Of a stretch of 64,000 nucleotides of DNA, positions 18,307 to 28,483 are shown in pieces. How positions within the stretch are numbered: position 1 is the first letter of the stretch; every line of letters begins with the position of its first letter. The DNA comes from Candidatus Saganbacteria bacterium (GTDB lineage: Bacteria; Margulisbacteria; WOR-1; JAPLLA01). The position numbers were made by a program, and so were the translations under genes. The notes below the pieces were generated by a model. It made no database searches, was not told the DNA's origin, and worked only from the letters and a program-made list of their open reading frames with translations. Location of the stretch: assembly GCA_026387795.1 (NCBI GenBank), contig JAPLLA010000019.1, positions 2,972 through 66,971 of the forward strand, given 5' to 3'.

Positions 18307-19185
18307 ATGAAACCAGGACCAGTCGGCGGGCCAACCGGAAGCGGAATGACACCTGTCCAGCAAATCAATTTGCCGCAGCTTTTACGCAGAATAGTTTCTG
18401 CTTATGATTTGGAAAATTTTGCCAAAGGTGGAGAGGTGGCAGCCTCTAGAATTGCCAATATTAAAGCCGGGCTAGAGCGGTTTCCAGTGCAATTAAGAAA
18501 AACCTTTTTATTGCAACTGCCGCAAATGGCGCTGGGTGGGCTTACTAGCAGGGCCCCTCTTATTAAAGCCTTGGTTAAGACCCTGGATTTTACCGCGGAT
18601 CCTCATAGCGTAGTAGAGTTTTTTAGCGGAGGGAATTTAAGCGGCCCAATTGCTTTGTCTGATACGCAGCGATATATACAGGTTTCTGATGACCCCTTGA
18701 TTTCTGCATTGGGATTCCTGCCGGAAGAGTTTTTTTTGGAGCTAGGATTTTCTGAGTTTACCGATCGAAGCTTTTTGAAAATGGCGCCTGCGTTGCCTGC
18801 AGATGAAAGATCTCCAATTGAAAACATTATTAAACTGGCTGTTCCAAACCTAAGGTATTTGCAAGAATCAGTACAAGCATTTGCTGGCCGGCCAGCTATG
18901 GCAGGCCAGGCAGATCTTTGTTTGGCATTTTTTTGGGCTACGGATCCATTTTTAGAAATGGAAACAGTAGTGAGGCCGGGCGGATATATGGTTACGGTGG
19001 ATGTCTCTAACGCAGATCTTAAGGGAGCTGTCAAAGCAGCGCCTGGTCCGGTTCTTTCGGAATTAAAAGAAGTAAAGAGCTCTCAAGTACGGACAGACCT
19101 TATGGCTGCTATTACTAAAAAATTAAAAGAAACTCCGGGGTATAAAGAGCTCAATCTGCGCGTAGTGATTTATCAAAAACAGTAG
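18307..19185 (+). CDS. hypothetical protein
   Basis: 292-aa ORF with GGAGGGG SD; no recognisable motifs. Confidence 0.4.
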   Translation: MKPGPVGGPTGSGMTPVQQINLPQLLRRIVSAYDLENFAKGGEVAASRIANIKAGLERFPVQLRKTFLLQLPQMALGGLTSRAPLIKALVKTLDFTADPHSVVEFFSGGNLSGPIALSDTQRYIQVSDDPLISALGFLPEEFFLELGFSEFTDRSFLKMAPALPADERSPIENIIKLAVPNLRYLQESVQAFAGRPAMAGQADLCLAFFWATDPFLEMETVVRPGGYMVTVDVSNADLKGAVKAAPGPVLSELKEVKSSQVRTDLMAAITKKLKETPGYKELNLRVVIYQKQ

Positions 19186-19191
19186 AAAGCT

Positions 19192-20124
19192 TTATTTGAG
19201 TAAAGATAAAACCTCTTTTTTTGTGTTTTCCGGATCCTTATTTTCTGTCCAATTTACATTTTCGAACCTTCTAAACCAAGTCCTCTGCCGCTTGGCAAAG
19301 TTACGGGTCCCTTGTTTGATTTGGTTTATAGTATCCTCGAGCTTTATCGCCCCCTCTAAATATTGAACAATCTCTTTATATCCAAGCGCTTCCATGGCAG
19401 GCAATTCTTTTGAATATCCTTTTTTAACTAAAGCCTCAACTTCAGTAACTAATCCTTTTTCAATCATCTGATCTACGCGCTGGTTGATCCTTGCATAAAC
19501 CTCTTCATTTGGAAGGGTTAATCCAAATAGAAGAAACTGGTGATTCCCCACATTTAAATGTGGGGAATTTGTACTTGTTTCCTTCTTTTCTTTTTTATTG
19601 AACCGGCTAAAAGGCGTTCCCGTAAGCTTAAAAACCTCTAAAGCACGGACAACCCTTTTTTTGTTATTAGGATGTATTTTTGCTGCTGCATCCGGATCAA
19701 CTGTTTGCAGTTCATGATGCAAATCTTCCGCATTCCTTTCTTCCAGTTCTTTTCTTAGTGCTGGATCAGCGGCCAAACTAGGGAAAGAAAAGCCTTCTAA
19801 TAGACTCCATAGATATAGTCCGGTGCCGCCAACAATAATTGGGACCTTTTTCCTTTTTTGTATTTCCGGGATTAACTCCTTTGCCTCTTTTACAAAATCC
19901 ACAACAGTCCAGCTTTCGTCCGGATTGCGGATGTCAATTAAGTGATGGGGAATGAGGGATTGTTCTTTTTTGGAAGGCTTGGCTGTTCCAATATCCATGC
20001 CGCGATAAACCTGCATTGAATCAGCGGATATAATTTCACCATGGAGTTCTTTGGCAAGTTCTAGGGCAACTGCGCTTTTGCCAACTGCAGTCTGTCCAAA
20101 AATTACCAGAACAGGGGAAGGCAT
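19192..20124 (-). CDS. miaA: tRNA dimethylallyltransferase
   Basis: P-loop VIFGQTAVGKS, ...SADSMQVYRGMDIGTAKP; start chosen at MPSPVLVIFG (AGGGAAG SD); the ORF track extends to 20154. Confidence 0.9.
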   Translation of the reverse strand: MPSPVLVIFGQTAVGKSAVALELAKELHGEIISADSMQVYRGMDIGTAKPSKKEQSLIPHHLIDIRNPDESWTVVDFVKEAKELIPEIQKRKKVPIIVGGTGLYLWSLLEGFSFPSLAADPALRKELEERNAEDLHHELQTVDPDAAAKIHPNNKKRVVRALEVFKLTGTPFSRFNKKEKKETSTNSPHLNVGNHQFLLFGLTLPNEEVYARINQRVDQMIEKGLVTEVEALVKKGYSKELPAMEALGYKEIVQYLEGAIKLEDTINQIKQGTRNFAKRQRTWFRRFENVNWTENKDPENTKKEVLSLLK

Positions 20125-20125
20125 T

Positions 20126-20815
20126 TTAATCTTCCCTGGAGCTGCGTAGCGCAATCAAGCGGATCAGGTTAAGGACTGCCATGGCAGTAGCTGCAACGTA
20201 AGTAAGGGCAGCGGCATTAAGTACTTGTTTTGCCATAGGAAGCTCTTCTTGGTTCAAGTATCGCCCATCTCCAAGCAAAGCAAGGGCGCGCTTGCTGGCA
20301 TTGAATTCAACTGGCAGCGTGATGAGCTGGAAAGCAACTGCCAGGGAAAAAGCAATGATCCCCAAATCCATTAATGGCCCATAGCTCATGAGTAGCCCTA
20401 TAAAAAACATAGGCATGGCTAGGTTAGATCCAAAGCTGGCTACAGGAACAAAATTGTTTCTAATTTTTAAGGGTGCGTAGTTTTTGGCATCTTGCAAAGC
20501 ATGGCCTACTTCGTGTGCAACCACACCCAAAGCAGCAACAGAGTGATCAGAATAGTTTGTTTCTGAAAGCCGCAGTTTTTTGTCCCTGGGGTCATAATGG
20601 TCGGAAAGGTCTCCAGGAATGGACTCAACTGCTACTTCTCCTATCCCGCCTTTGGACAAAAGTTCTCTTGCCAGCTGTGCCCCGGTTATACCCGAAGAAG
20701 CTTGTACCTGGGAATACTTTGCGTAGGTCCCTTTCACCTTAAACTGGGCATAGATTGCCAAGATAATCGCCGGAATTAATAATAAAAAAGTTGGATCATA
20801 AAACATTTTAAACAC
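20126..20815 (-). CDS. YugP-like neutral zinc metallopeptidase (membrane-associated)
   Basis: 229 aa; HEVGHALQ zinc-binding motif; hydrophobic N- and C-terminal segments typical of the family. Confidence 0.8.
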   Translation of the reverse strand: MFKMFYDPTFLLLIPAIILAIYAQFKVKGTYAKYSQVQASSGITGAQLARELLSKGGIGEVAVESIPGDLSDHYDPRDKKLRLSETNYSDHSVAALGVVAHEVGHALQDAKNYAPLKIRNNFVPVASFGSNLAMPMFFIGLLMSYGPLMDLGIIAFSLAVAFQLITLPVEFNASKRALALLGDGRYLNQEELPMAKQVLNAAALTYVAATAMAVLNLIRLIALRSSRED

Positions 20816-21515
20816 CCCTCAACGTTATATTTGGAACATATACTTTACCAGCTTCGGCAAAAACTTTCAATTCGTCGGCTTCATAGGGCTTAATGGTCTC
20901 AAAGCTTTTATCCAGGGTTTCTTTGTTTACAAATTGCTGCAGGACCACTCTTTTTGCTTTGGGAATGGCTTTTAGCATTTCAATAATAGATTCTTTATTA
21001 TGCAGGGTTGGGACTACGGTGAGCCTAAATTCATGGTCGACTTCAGCATTTATAATCACATCGATGCTTTCTTTGATTTTAGCAGGATCGGCTTTGACTC
21101 CGCTTGAGAGATCATATCGTTCGTCCAGCGGACCCTTGTAGTCCATGGCAACATAATCTACCAGCTTAGAATTGATCAATTCTAAAAGCATTTTCGGATT
21201 GGTGCCGTTAGTATCAAGCTTTACCAGTAATCCTAATTTTTTAAATCTTTTACAGAGCTCTGGCAGCCAAGTATTCAAGGTAGGTTCCCCTCCCGTGATT
21301 ACAATCCCGTCTATAAAATCTTTTCTTTCTTGTATAAAAGCCTCGATATCCTCAATTTTGATTTTCTTCATCTTTTCCGGTCGGGTAATTAGAATGCTGT
21401 TGTGGCAAAAAGGGCAGCGGAAGTTGCAGCCTGGGATAAAAAGCACAGAAACAATCTTGCCGTCCCAGTCCAAAAAAGAGGTCTCTAAAAATCCGCGGAT
21501 ATCAAAATCATTCAT
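20808..21515 (-). CDS. radical SAM activating enzyme, NrdG-like (anaerobic RNR activase family)
   Basis: 235 aa; ...LFIPGCNFRCPFCHN CxxxCxxC radical SAM cluster motif typical of glycyl-radical activases. Confidence 0.6.
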   Translation of the reverse strand: MNDFDIRGFLETSFLDWDGKIVSVLFIPGCNFRCPFCHNSILITRPEKMKKIKIEDIEAFIQERKDFIDGIVITGGEPTLNTWLPELCKRFKKLGLLVKLDTNGTNPKMLLELINSKLVDYVAMDYKGPLDERYDLSSGVKADPAKIKESIDVIINAEVDHEFRLTVVPTLHNKESIIEMLKAIPKAKRVVLQQFVNKETLDKSFETIKPYEADELKVFAEAGKVYVPNITLRGV

Positions 21516-21963
21516 TGCGATGTTCTTTGTGGATATACTTGTGCTCTACTTCGCGCAGGATCTGTAAGGTGAAAAGGATAAAGACAGTAGCAGCAATTGC
21601 GCCCATATAGAAATTACATCCTACTGCCATGCCAATCATAGACGCTCCCCAAATTGAAGCAGCAGTAGTCAGCCCTATTACAGATCCGCCAGCTTGGAAA
21701 ATTGCCCCCGCACCCAGAAATCCAATCCCAGCTACTACCCCTGCAGCAATCCTTCCGGGGTCTCCTCCTGGAGCAAGTTGTGCCATGTAGATAGACATTT
21801 GCATGGCCAGGCAAGAGCCAATGGCAACCAGGGTGTGCGTTCTAAGTCCGGCTACTTTCCGCTCTTTTTCCCTGAAGTATCCGATCAGTCCGCCCAAGGC
21901 CAAGGCCAAAACCAGGTTGGTCATGATCTGGATGTCATTTAAGTTTAAAAATGGGATGTTCAT
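21508..21963 (-). CDS. MgtC/SapB family membrane protein
   Basis: 151 aa; N-terminal ...LALGGLIGYFREKERKVAGLRTHTLVAIGS matches the MgtC family. Confidence 0.75.
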   Translation of the reverse strand: MNIPFLNLNDIQIMTNLVLALALGGLIGYFREKERKVAGLRTHTLVAIGSCLAMQMSIYMAQLAPGGDPGRIAAGVVAGIGFLGAGAIFQAGGSVIGLTTAASIWGASMIGMAVGCNFYMGAIAATVFILFTLQILREVEHKYIHKEHRNE

Positions 21964-21986
21964 GTGTTTACCCCCTTTGGCATAAA

Positions 21987-22403
21987 TTATACATCAAAAA
22001 CAACGCGGACCTGCCACCCTTTTTCTGTCTCTTTTATTCCCAGCTGGTTGTAGGTGGCGGCTTTGACGGAGCGCAGGATTTGGTGTTTTTTGGGATCGAT
22101 TTTTTCTCCTTTTACCTCTGCTTTTAATTCTGTTTTGGAAAGGGAAAAAATCTTGAAGCTTTTAAAAAGTAGATGCTGACTATCTTCCAGAAAAAGAAGC
22201 TCATTTAACCAGTTTACCAAAAGCTCTTCCTGGTTTTGAGCTTCAACAGTAATGTCAAAAGAGGTTTTTGAACGTACACCTTTAAGATCAACAATCAAAG
22301 AGAGCATTCCAGAGGCTGCATTTTCAAACGTTTTTTTCAAGGTTTTTCCGTAAGCAATAATTCCTACGTCTGAAGGGTGGGGGATGATTTCGTATGTTTT
22401 CAT
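21987..22403 (-). CDS. archease (tRNA-splicing ligase RtcB cofactor family)
   Basis: 138 aa; N-terminal YEIIPHPSDVGIIAYGKTLKKTFENAA typical of archease. Confidence 0.8.
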   Translation of the reverse strand: MKTYEIIPHPSDVGIIAYGKTLKKTFENAASGMLSLIVDLKGVRSKTSFDITVEAQNQEELLVNWLNELLFLEDSQHLLFKSFKIFSLSKTELKAEVKGEKIDPKKHQILRSVKAATYNQLGIKETEKGWQVRVVFDV

Positions 22404-22496
22404 GGTAAGAGTAAGCTTAGCAAATTTATGGCGGATCTTACATATAAAAAGTGAAATTTACAGTATCTGTTTTCGATATAATTGCGGAGGGGAAAG

Positions 22497-23798
22497 ATGA
22501 TTGCATTAAGAAGATTATATGGCTGTGATGCATGTGCGCGGGTAGAAACTGCACAAGTAATTATTGCCGCAAGAAGAGACGCGTGGAAAAATGCCCAAGC
22601 AGCAGGACAGGCCTCAAAAGCAGATGTTTTAAGGCAAGAGTTTTGGGGTAAAAAGGAATTAGCTGCAGATACTGCGGACCCAAGAATCTTGGCACTTGGT
22701 GGCAATAGTTTTACTGGAGGATCTACCTCAAACGACGCAATCTTACGACTTCTAATAGAAGACAAGACTGGCTACGTCCCAGCAACACGTAATGAGGGAT
22801 CTGGACTTTTTGAGCCAGACCCATCGGTAGAAGTTTCTCACGCTGACTTGATGCGCGAGCTGCTGCCTAAAGAAGCATTGTGCGAATTTTTGGGTATTGA
22901 TAACTTAAAAAAATTTGATCCTTTGGTACATGGCCGTGCCGCTTACCGTTTTTTTGTGATGCAACTGACCAAAGCAAATGTCCACGCTGCTCCAAAGGGA
23001 CAGGCCAGTGTGGAGATTATGCAGTTTGGCCCTCTTACCAAACAGGATTTATTGGAATTGATTCCTCGCAAAGAAAGACAAGAACTGGGAATGAGGAGAG
23101 AATTTCTAGAGCAGTTTGAGCCGCCTACTGTAGAAGAGATGGTTGCAGACGGAATAGTTTTGGACGGTGGACATCCTCAAACCTTAATTAAAGTTGCTTC
23201 CGGACACATTGAAAGCTACCGGGTTATTTCTGAATTATATCAATTAGGCTTAGCTGCTAATGCGACCATAGGGGTTCCTACTGAAAAACCATTTAAAGAT
23301 ATCCATGGATACACGTGGCAGCAAGCAGGAGAGATGGCAATAGGAGCACAATTGGGAGCAGCTGCAATTGCTTTTTACATTGGTAGGGCGCAAGACTTTT
23401 TTGAGGGGAGATATCCGCTGCGTTTTGTTGGCGAATGCATTTCCCTGACAGCCAGAGAAGGGATTATTTCTATGGCAGCAAGCATCAATGGAAGGCATGC
23501 AGCAGGAGCCGCATTTAGAATTGGCGCCAGCGTTGTAACTGTGCAGCCCACAAAAATAGAAGGTGAAACATTGGGATTTTTGAATTGGGCGCTTGAACGG
23601 GCCCAGGAATTAGAACCTCGCCAGCAAGTGTATACTATGCCAGAAAGAACAGTGGTCCCTTTTAAAGAATATGAAGAATCTGAAGGCCATTTGGAAACGG
23701 TTTCTTCCCCGCTTTTAAAAGAAGGGTATGCCAAGTTTTTAAAAGCGCATGTTATTGCTGCTTGGAGAGTTTCACAGTTCATTAAACAAATGGTTTAG
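22497..23798 (+). CDS. hypothetical protein
   Basis: ATG at 22497 with GGAGGGG SD (the ORF track starts at a TTG at 22482); ~433 aa; no recognised motifs. Confidence 0.5.
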   Translation: MIALRRLYGCDACARVETAQVIIAARRDAWKNAQAAGQASKADVLRQEFWGKKELAADTADPRILALGGNSFTGGSTSNDAILRLLIEDKTGYVPATRNEGSGLFEPDPSVEVSHADLMRELLPKEALCEFLGIDNLKKFDPLVHGRAAYRFFVMQLTKANVHAAPKGQASVEIMQFGPLTKQDLLELIPRKERQELGMRREFLEQFEPPTVEEMVADGIVLDGGHPQTLIKVASGHIESYRVISELYQLGLAANATIGVPTEKPFKDIHGYTWQQAGEMAIGAQLGAAAIAFYIGRAQDFFEGRYPLRFVGECISLTAREGIISMAASINGRHAAGAAFRIGASVVTVQPTKIEGETLGFLNWALERAQELEPRQQVYTMPERTVVPFKEYEESEGHLETVSSPLLKEGYAKFLKAHVIAAWRVSQFIKQMV

Positions 23799-23967
23799 AC
23801 TATCGGATTTGCAATTATAAACCCCTTAATTTTCTGCAATCTGGCCTCAAATTTGTCGATATATATATAAGGGCCTATGGCCCTAATGACAAATGTCCAA
23901 TGTCAAATGACAAATGAAGGCAGAAAAGCTTTGGCATCGCCTTTATTAAGAGCGAGGAGGAATAAAA

Positions 23968-25581
23968 ATGCCGGTAACCCCAACAGATGGATCCCCATGT
24001 GTTAGAAAGTATCAAGAGGTTGCAAGATCACACCCTGGAACAGTTTTCGAGATTATCCGTTCCCATTTTAAGCCCCGTTTTGCCTTGGCAGTTCTAGCTA
24101 CTTTTGGAGATAGGGCAAAGGGTGTTTGGGATGCTTTAATTAAAAAGGGGTATATTGATACAAAAGGGAATGTCCAACCAGCATTTAGCGCGATGACCAG
24201 AGAAGGGTTTGATTTGGACCGGACCCTGGAGCAAGACGAGGTCTTGGATGCCTTTGAAGATATGGGCCCAACAATCTGGCGAGAAATGGGCAAGTGCGGA
24301 TATGTAAATGCCAGGGGCGTAATACAGAAAGGCAGGGTTTCTCTGACTACTCCGGAAACAACGCTTTTATTTAATCAATTAAAAATGCATGACAGGGAAA
24401 GGCCGGTAGCATTAAGAGTTGTTGGAAGCCGGGTAGAACTTACTGTAGAGGGAAGAGACTACGTTGGCCAAGATGCATATTTGAGGTTTGAAGACGAAGA
24501 GTTGCTTGTACCGCAGTTTGTAAGCGGAGAAGAAGCAATGGGCAGTGCAATAATTGCTGCTACACATTATGGAGAGGCATGCAGTGTAATGCGAGCTTTG
24601 AGCGCTTTGGATGACGGCTCCCAAGAATATACAATAACAATTACCATAAAAGGAAAATTAGCCGGCGAAGTAGGAGGGAAGCTTGTAATAGGAGAAACAT
24701 TGGGGACAGGATCCGGAGCCCCAATTGTACAGCCCCCTTCTCTTTTAGACCTAGACCCTGCGAATTTTGATTCTCTTCCGGATGAGGTTAGGGCAGTTGC
24801 AGCGAGTCCGGAAGAACTGGCCCAAGTTCCGGTTTATGTCCCCGGGGGAGAGATCCTTCATGCAATACCCTGCATTGTTCCCGATCAAAAATATCCGAAA
24901 GAAAAAGCAGCTCATCCCGATGCGGTTTTTGAAATTATAGGAAAAAGTCGAGGATTTGTAACAATGGCAGACTTGTCTGCGTTTCATGAGAAAGCCTCTG
25001 TAATTTGGGGGGCCTTGTTACGCAGGAGGTATATAGATAAATCCGGAAGAATTAATCGTACAGTGCAAGAAGGAAGAGGGAGCTTCCAATTGGATACGGC
25101 ATTGCTGCCCGGGCATTTTTCCAGATTGGAAGGGCGCGGAAAAGAAATAAGACAAGCTTTAGTTGACGGCGGTTTTATGGATAGGGATTATAACGTACAA
25201 AGGCCCGAATATAAATTAAGCGCGGCTGAACAAGGGAGGATTTTTGATATATTAACCGATAAAAAGGGGAAGAGCCGGATGGCGCTTAGGGTTTTAGGAC
25301 CAAGGTTTGAGCTTACTGTTTTAGGAAGAGAATATATCAGCGACGCAGGGAGGCTGGCGCAAGACGAGACTGTGTATTTGGTCCCCAAAGAAGCGCTATT
25401 TTTTAATGGTGCAAGGGTAGCACAATCTGCAATTGAAGTGGTTGGATATAGGGGCGATACGCAATGCGATGTAGTGAAGGCATTTAAAGAGGTTGAAGCA
25501 GGGAACAGCGACTATGGGCTAGAGGTGAGGGTAAAGGGATTGCTGGCAGATGAAATAGGAGCGAAACTTCATTTTGGTTAG
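23968..25581 (+). CDS. hypothetical protein built from two ~250-aa tandem internal repeats
   Basis: 537 aa; both halves begin VFEII...; the first contains ...RPVALRVVGSRVELTVEGRDYVGQDAYL... and ...TIKGKLAGEVGGKLVIG; the second contains ...SRMALRVLGPRFELTVLGREYISDAGRL... and ...RVKGLLADEIGAKLHFG. Confidence 0.5.
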   Translation: MPVTPTDGSPCVRKYQEVARSHPGTVFEIIRSHFKPRFALAVLATFGDRAKGVWDALIKKGYIDTKGNVQPAFSAMTREGFDLDRTLEQDEVLDAFEDMGPTIWREMGKCGYVNARGVIQKGRVSLTTPETTLLFNQLKMHDRERPVALRVVGSRVELTVEGRDYVGQDAYLRFEDEELLVPQFVSGEEAMGSAIIAATHYGEACSVMRALSALDDGSQEYTITITIKGKLAGEVGGKLVIGETLGTGSGAPIVQPPSLLDLDPANFDSLPDEVRAVAASPEELAQVPVYVPGGEILHAIPCIVPDQKYPKEKAAHPDAVFEIIGKSRGFVTMADLSAFHEKASVIWGALLRRRYIDKSGRINRTVQEGRGSFQLDTALLPGHFSRLEGRGKEIRQALVDGGFMDRDYNVQRPEYKLSAAEQGRIFDILTDKKGKSRMALRVLGPRFELTVLGREYISDAGRLAQDETVYLVPKEALFFNGARVAQSAIEVVGYRGDTQCDVVKAFKEVEAGNSDYGLEVRVKGLLADEIGAKLHFG

Positions 25582-25593
25582 TAGGAGCGGAAT

Positions 25594-26739
25594 ATGTTTG
25601 ATCGTGTAATAGTCAGTTGTCCGGTAAAACGACTCGGTTCTCTCATGGACTTTAGCCCTGTGCTTGAGGGGATGAGCAGGTTTTTCCCTGGCAGGACGGT
25701 GCTTGTGCCTATGAGCAGACAAGCAGAACATTTGTGGCGCTATAAACTTGACGATATGAGAGAAAAAGGAGAGGCTCTGGACGTAAGAGGTAATCGGCCA
25801 AATATTATAAGGGAATTGCTGGAAAGACAAAGGGTGCTTGGGATCCCATTGACAGATGATTATGGAACAGGGGCAGAGACTCTTTCCCAAATGCTCAAGC
25901 TTACGCCTGAAGCTGCTTGTTGGGTCGGGAGCAAGGAAACAGAAGACTATTTTAGAAAATGTGCAAGGGACCTTATACCTGTTGAAGTGGCCCCTATTCT
26001 TAAGCAATACTTAAGTCACGTGGTAGATGCCACTCCCCCCACTGTTATTCACGGATCTGTAGCAGTTATCCAAAAAGCACTGGAGCTTTCGGGCCAGGAG
26101 CTTCCTGCAGATTTTAGAGCGCAGCCTCTGGTTTGGACCAGTGACAGGGAAGTCGAGACTGCAGAAGGGTTTTTTCAACGTGGCGGACTGGAAGCAGGAA
26201 GGACCATAGGAATGCATTTGGCCTCTGCCTCATATGATGTGGATAGATTCATATGGCCATGGAGAAATTTTGCGGAAGTAGCAGACCATTTTTTGGAACA
26301 AAATTTTCAAATACTTTTGGTTACAGGTAGTTTTTTTTCTGGAACCCATCCAGGGAGAGACAACTACGCCTGGCAGGATCATCGTGAATTTATGCAAGAG
26401 CTTCAGAAAAAACATCCTTCACGCAGGGAGAACGTAAAACTGTTTTACGGTGATGTTTTAGCAGAAGCAGAAGTGATCAGAAGATGCAGGACTTTTCTTT
26501 CCGCTGAGACAGGGCCTGCACACCTGGCTTCGGCAGTGGGGACGCCAAAAGTTACTATTGCTGCAAGTGAAGACCAAAAGTTTTTTTGGTTGCTCACAGG
26601 TGAACGCGACTTTGGCTTTGTATCGATGCGGGGGAAACAAAGAGGGCATAGAGATATTTTTTCCCCGGAGGTTGATACAGTGATTGAAGCAATGGAGTCC
26701 ATATTAGATGGGAGGACTAGGAGCACAGCTGCCGGATGA
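25594..26739 (+). CDS. glycosyltransferase family 9-like (heptosyltransferase-fold) protein
   Basis: 381 aa; C-terminal ...[22 protein letters not shown] resembles the GT9 signature. Confidence 0.45.
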   Translation: MFDRVIVSCPVKRLGSLMDFSPVLEGMSRFFPGRTVLVPMSRQAEHLWRYKLDDMREKGEALDVRGNRPNIIRELLERQRVLGIPLTDDYGTGAETLSQMLKLTPEAACWVGSKETEDYFRKCARDLIPVEVAPILKQYLSHVVDATPPTVIHGSVAVIQKALELSGQELPADFRAQPLVWTSDREVETAEGFFQRGGLEAGRTIGMHLASASYDVDRFIWPWRNFAEVADHFLEQNFQILLVTGSFFSGTHPGRDNYAWQDHREFMQELQKKHPSRRENVKLFYGDVLAEAEVIRRCRTFLSAETGPAHLASAVGTPKVTIAASEDQKFFWLLTGERDFGFVSMRGKQRGHRDIFSPEVDTVIEAMESILDGRTRSTAAG

Positions 26740-27802
26740 TTGCATCTCCCATTTCGGATGTCCCTACAGCAGTAGGATCGTTTCTGTCCAGCTTCATGTC
26801 GTAAGTAACGTCTTTTCCTTCTCTAATTATATCTGCCACTGCTTTTTCCAGTTTTTTTGCAGCGTCAATTTCTCCCAGATATTCCAACATCAAAACGCCT
26901 GAAAGGATCATAGCAGTAGGATTAACCTTGTTTTGCCCCTTATACTTTGGCGCACTTCCGTGTACTGGTTCAAACAAAGCAATGTCTTTACCAATGTTTG
27001 CTCCTGGTGCAATCCCCAGACCCCCGATTAGCCCTGCACAAAGATCAGAGATAATATCGCCATAAAGATTTGGGAGTACTAATACATCATATAGTTCGGG
27101 TTTTTGTACTAACTGCATGCACATGTTGTCTATCAATCTCTCTTCATATTCTATTTTGCCCGCATATTCTTTTGCTACTTTTCTGGCTTCGTCAAAAAAT
27201 AAGCCGTCTGTAAACTTCATGATGTTTGCTTTGGTTACAGCAGTTACTTTTTTGCGGCCGTATTTTATTGCATAATCAAAAGCGTAGCGCACAATTCTTT
27301 GCGTACAGGCGCGGGAGATGGGCTTAATGCTTATTCCGGAGTGTTCGTTAATGTGGCGGTGGCTAAGTTTTTCAATGGTTTCAATGAGTGTTTCTGTTTC
27401 CGGCTTGTCCACTTCAAACTCGATCCCTGCATACAGATCTTCGGTATTTTCCCTGACAATTACCAAATCAATGTTTTCGTACTTTGAACGCACGCCAACA
27501 TAATATTTTGCAGGGCGCAGACAAACATAAAGGTCCAGCTCTTTTCTTAGAGCAACATTTACGCTCCTAAAACCTTTACCAATCGGAGTAGTAATGGGGC
27601 CTTTGATGGCAACTTTGTTCTTGCGAATAGACTCAATAACGTTTTGAGGGAGGGGTGTGCCTGCTTTTTCCATGATATCCACACCTGCATGCTGGATATC
27701 CCAATTAAACTTTACTCCGGTAGCTTCGAGTACTTTTCTGGTTGTTTCTGCGATTTCTGGCCCGGTCCCATCACCCGGGATAAGGGTTACGTTATAGGTC
27801 AT
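26717..27802 (-). CDS. leuB: 3-isopropylmalate dehydrogenase (isocitrate/isopropylmalate dehydrogenase family)
   Basis: 361 aa; N-terminal [10 protein letters not shown]; adjacent to leuD. Confidence 0.7.
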   Translation of the reverse strand: MTYNVTLIPGDGTGPEIAETTRKVLEATGVKFNWDIQHAGVDIMEKAGTPLPQNVIESIRKNKVAIKGPITTPIGKGFRSVNVALRKELDLYVCLRPAKYYVGVRSKYENIDLVIVRENTEDLYAGIEFEVDKPETETLIETIEKLSHRHINEHSGISIKPISRACTQRIVRYAFDYAIKYGRKKVTAVTKANIMKFTDGLFFDEARKVAKEYAGKIEYEERLIDNMCMQLVQKPELYDVLVLPNLYGDIISDLCAGLIGGLGIAPGANIGKDIALFEPVHGSAPKYKGQNKVNPTAMILSGVLMLEYLGEIDAAKKLEKAVADIIREGKDVTYDMKLDRNDPTAVGTSEMGDAIIRQLCS

Positions 27803-28302
27803 AGCTTGAATCCCCCGTGTTTTTTGAAATGTTCTACCAGCCCGCCATCGGACAATAATGTTTGCATGGTTGGGGGGAGGGGGCTGAATTTTAATTCTTT
27901 ACCTTTGGTCTTATTGGTTACCATCCCCTTATCTAAATCTACTTCTAGATCGTCCCCATCATCAATTCCGTCTGTATCAAGCTCCAAAGCCGGCAACCCC
28001 AAATTAAAAGAGTTGCGATAGAAAATTCTGGCAAAAGATTTGGCCAGCACTGCCGAAATATTTGCGTACTTTATAGCTTGAGGAGCTTGTTCGCGGGATG
28101 AACCGCAGCCAAAGTTTGAGCCCGCTACAATAAAGTCTCCGGGCTGGATCCTTTGATAAAAATTGGGATCCAGGTCTTCCATTACATGCTTTGCCAGCTC
28201 TACCGGGTCTTGGATTTTAAACTTGTAGCGCCCGGAGATAATATAATCCGTATTAATATCGTTATTTTGGCTGAAGCGCCTTGCTTTTCCTTTTAAAATC
28301 AT
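27799..28302 (-). CDS. leuD: 3-isopropylmalate dehydratase small subunit
   Basis: 167 aa; [25 protein letters not shown] typical of short-form LeuD. Confidence 0.85.
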   Translation of the reverse strand: MILKGKARRFSQNNDINTDYIISGRYKFKIQDPVELAKHVMEDLDPNFYQRIQPGDFIVAGSNFGCGSSREQAPQAIKYANISAVLAKSFARIFYRNSFNLGLPALELDTDGIDDGDDLEVDLDKGMVTNKTKGKELKFSPLPPTMQTLLSDGGLVEHFKKHGGFKL

Positions 28303-28483
28303 TATGAGGGATTATAGCACCCAAAAAAGGAGGGGTCTAGATTCGCAGGCAGTTTTTGAAAAGCATAGTTTTTATAGAAAAATCTCAAATTTTTCACCAA
28401 TTGCGCTATCTCTTATTATTCGAATTTATAAACCCCCCAAATAGATTTGAGTAATTTGGGATCAACGCGAATTAGTGAAATAT

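Noticed and set aside
20473-21567. Plus-strand ORFs (20473-20742, 20597-20779, 20893-21141, 21172-21567) over the YugP and NrdG-like genes
   Set aside because: Antisense to genes with clear catalytic motifs (HEVGHALQ, CNFRCPFC).
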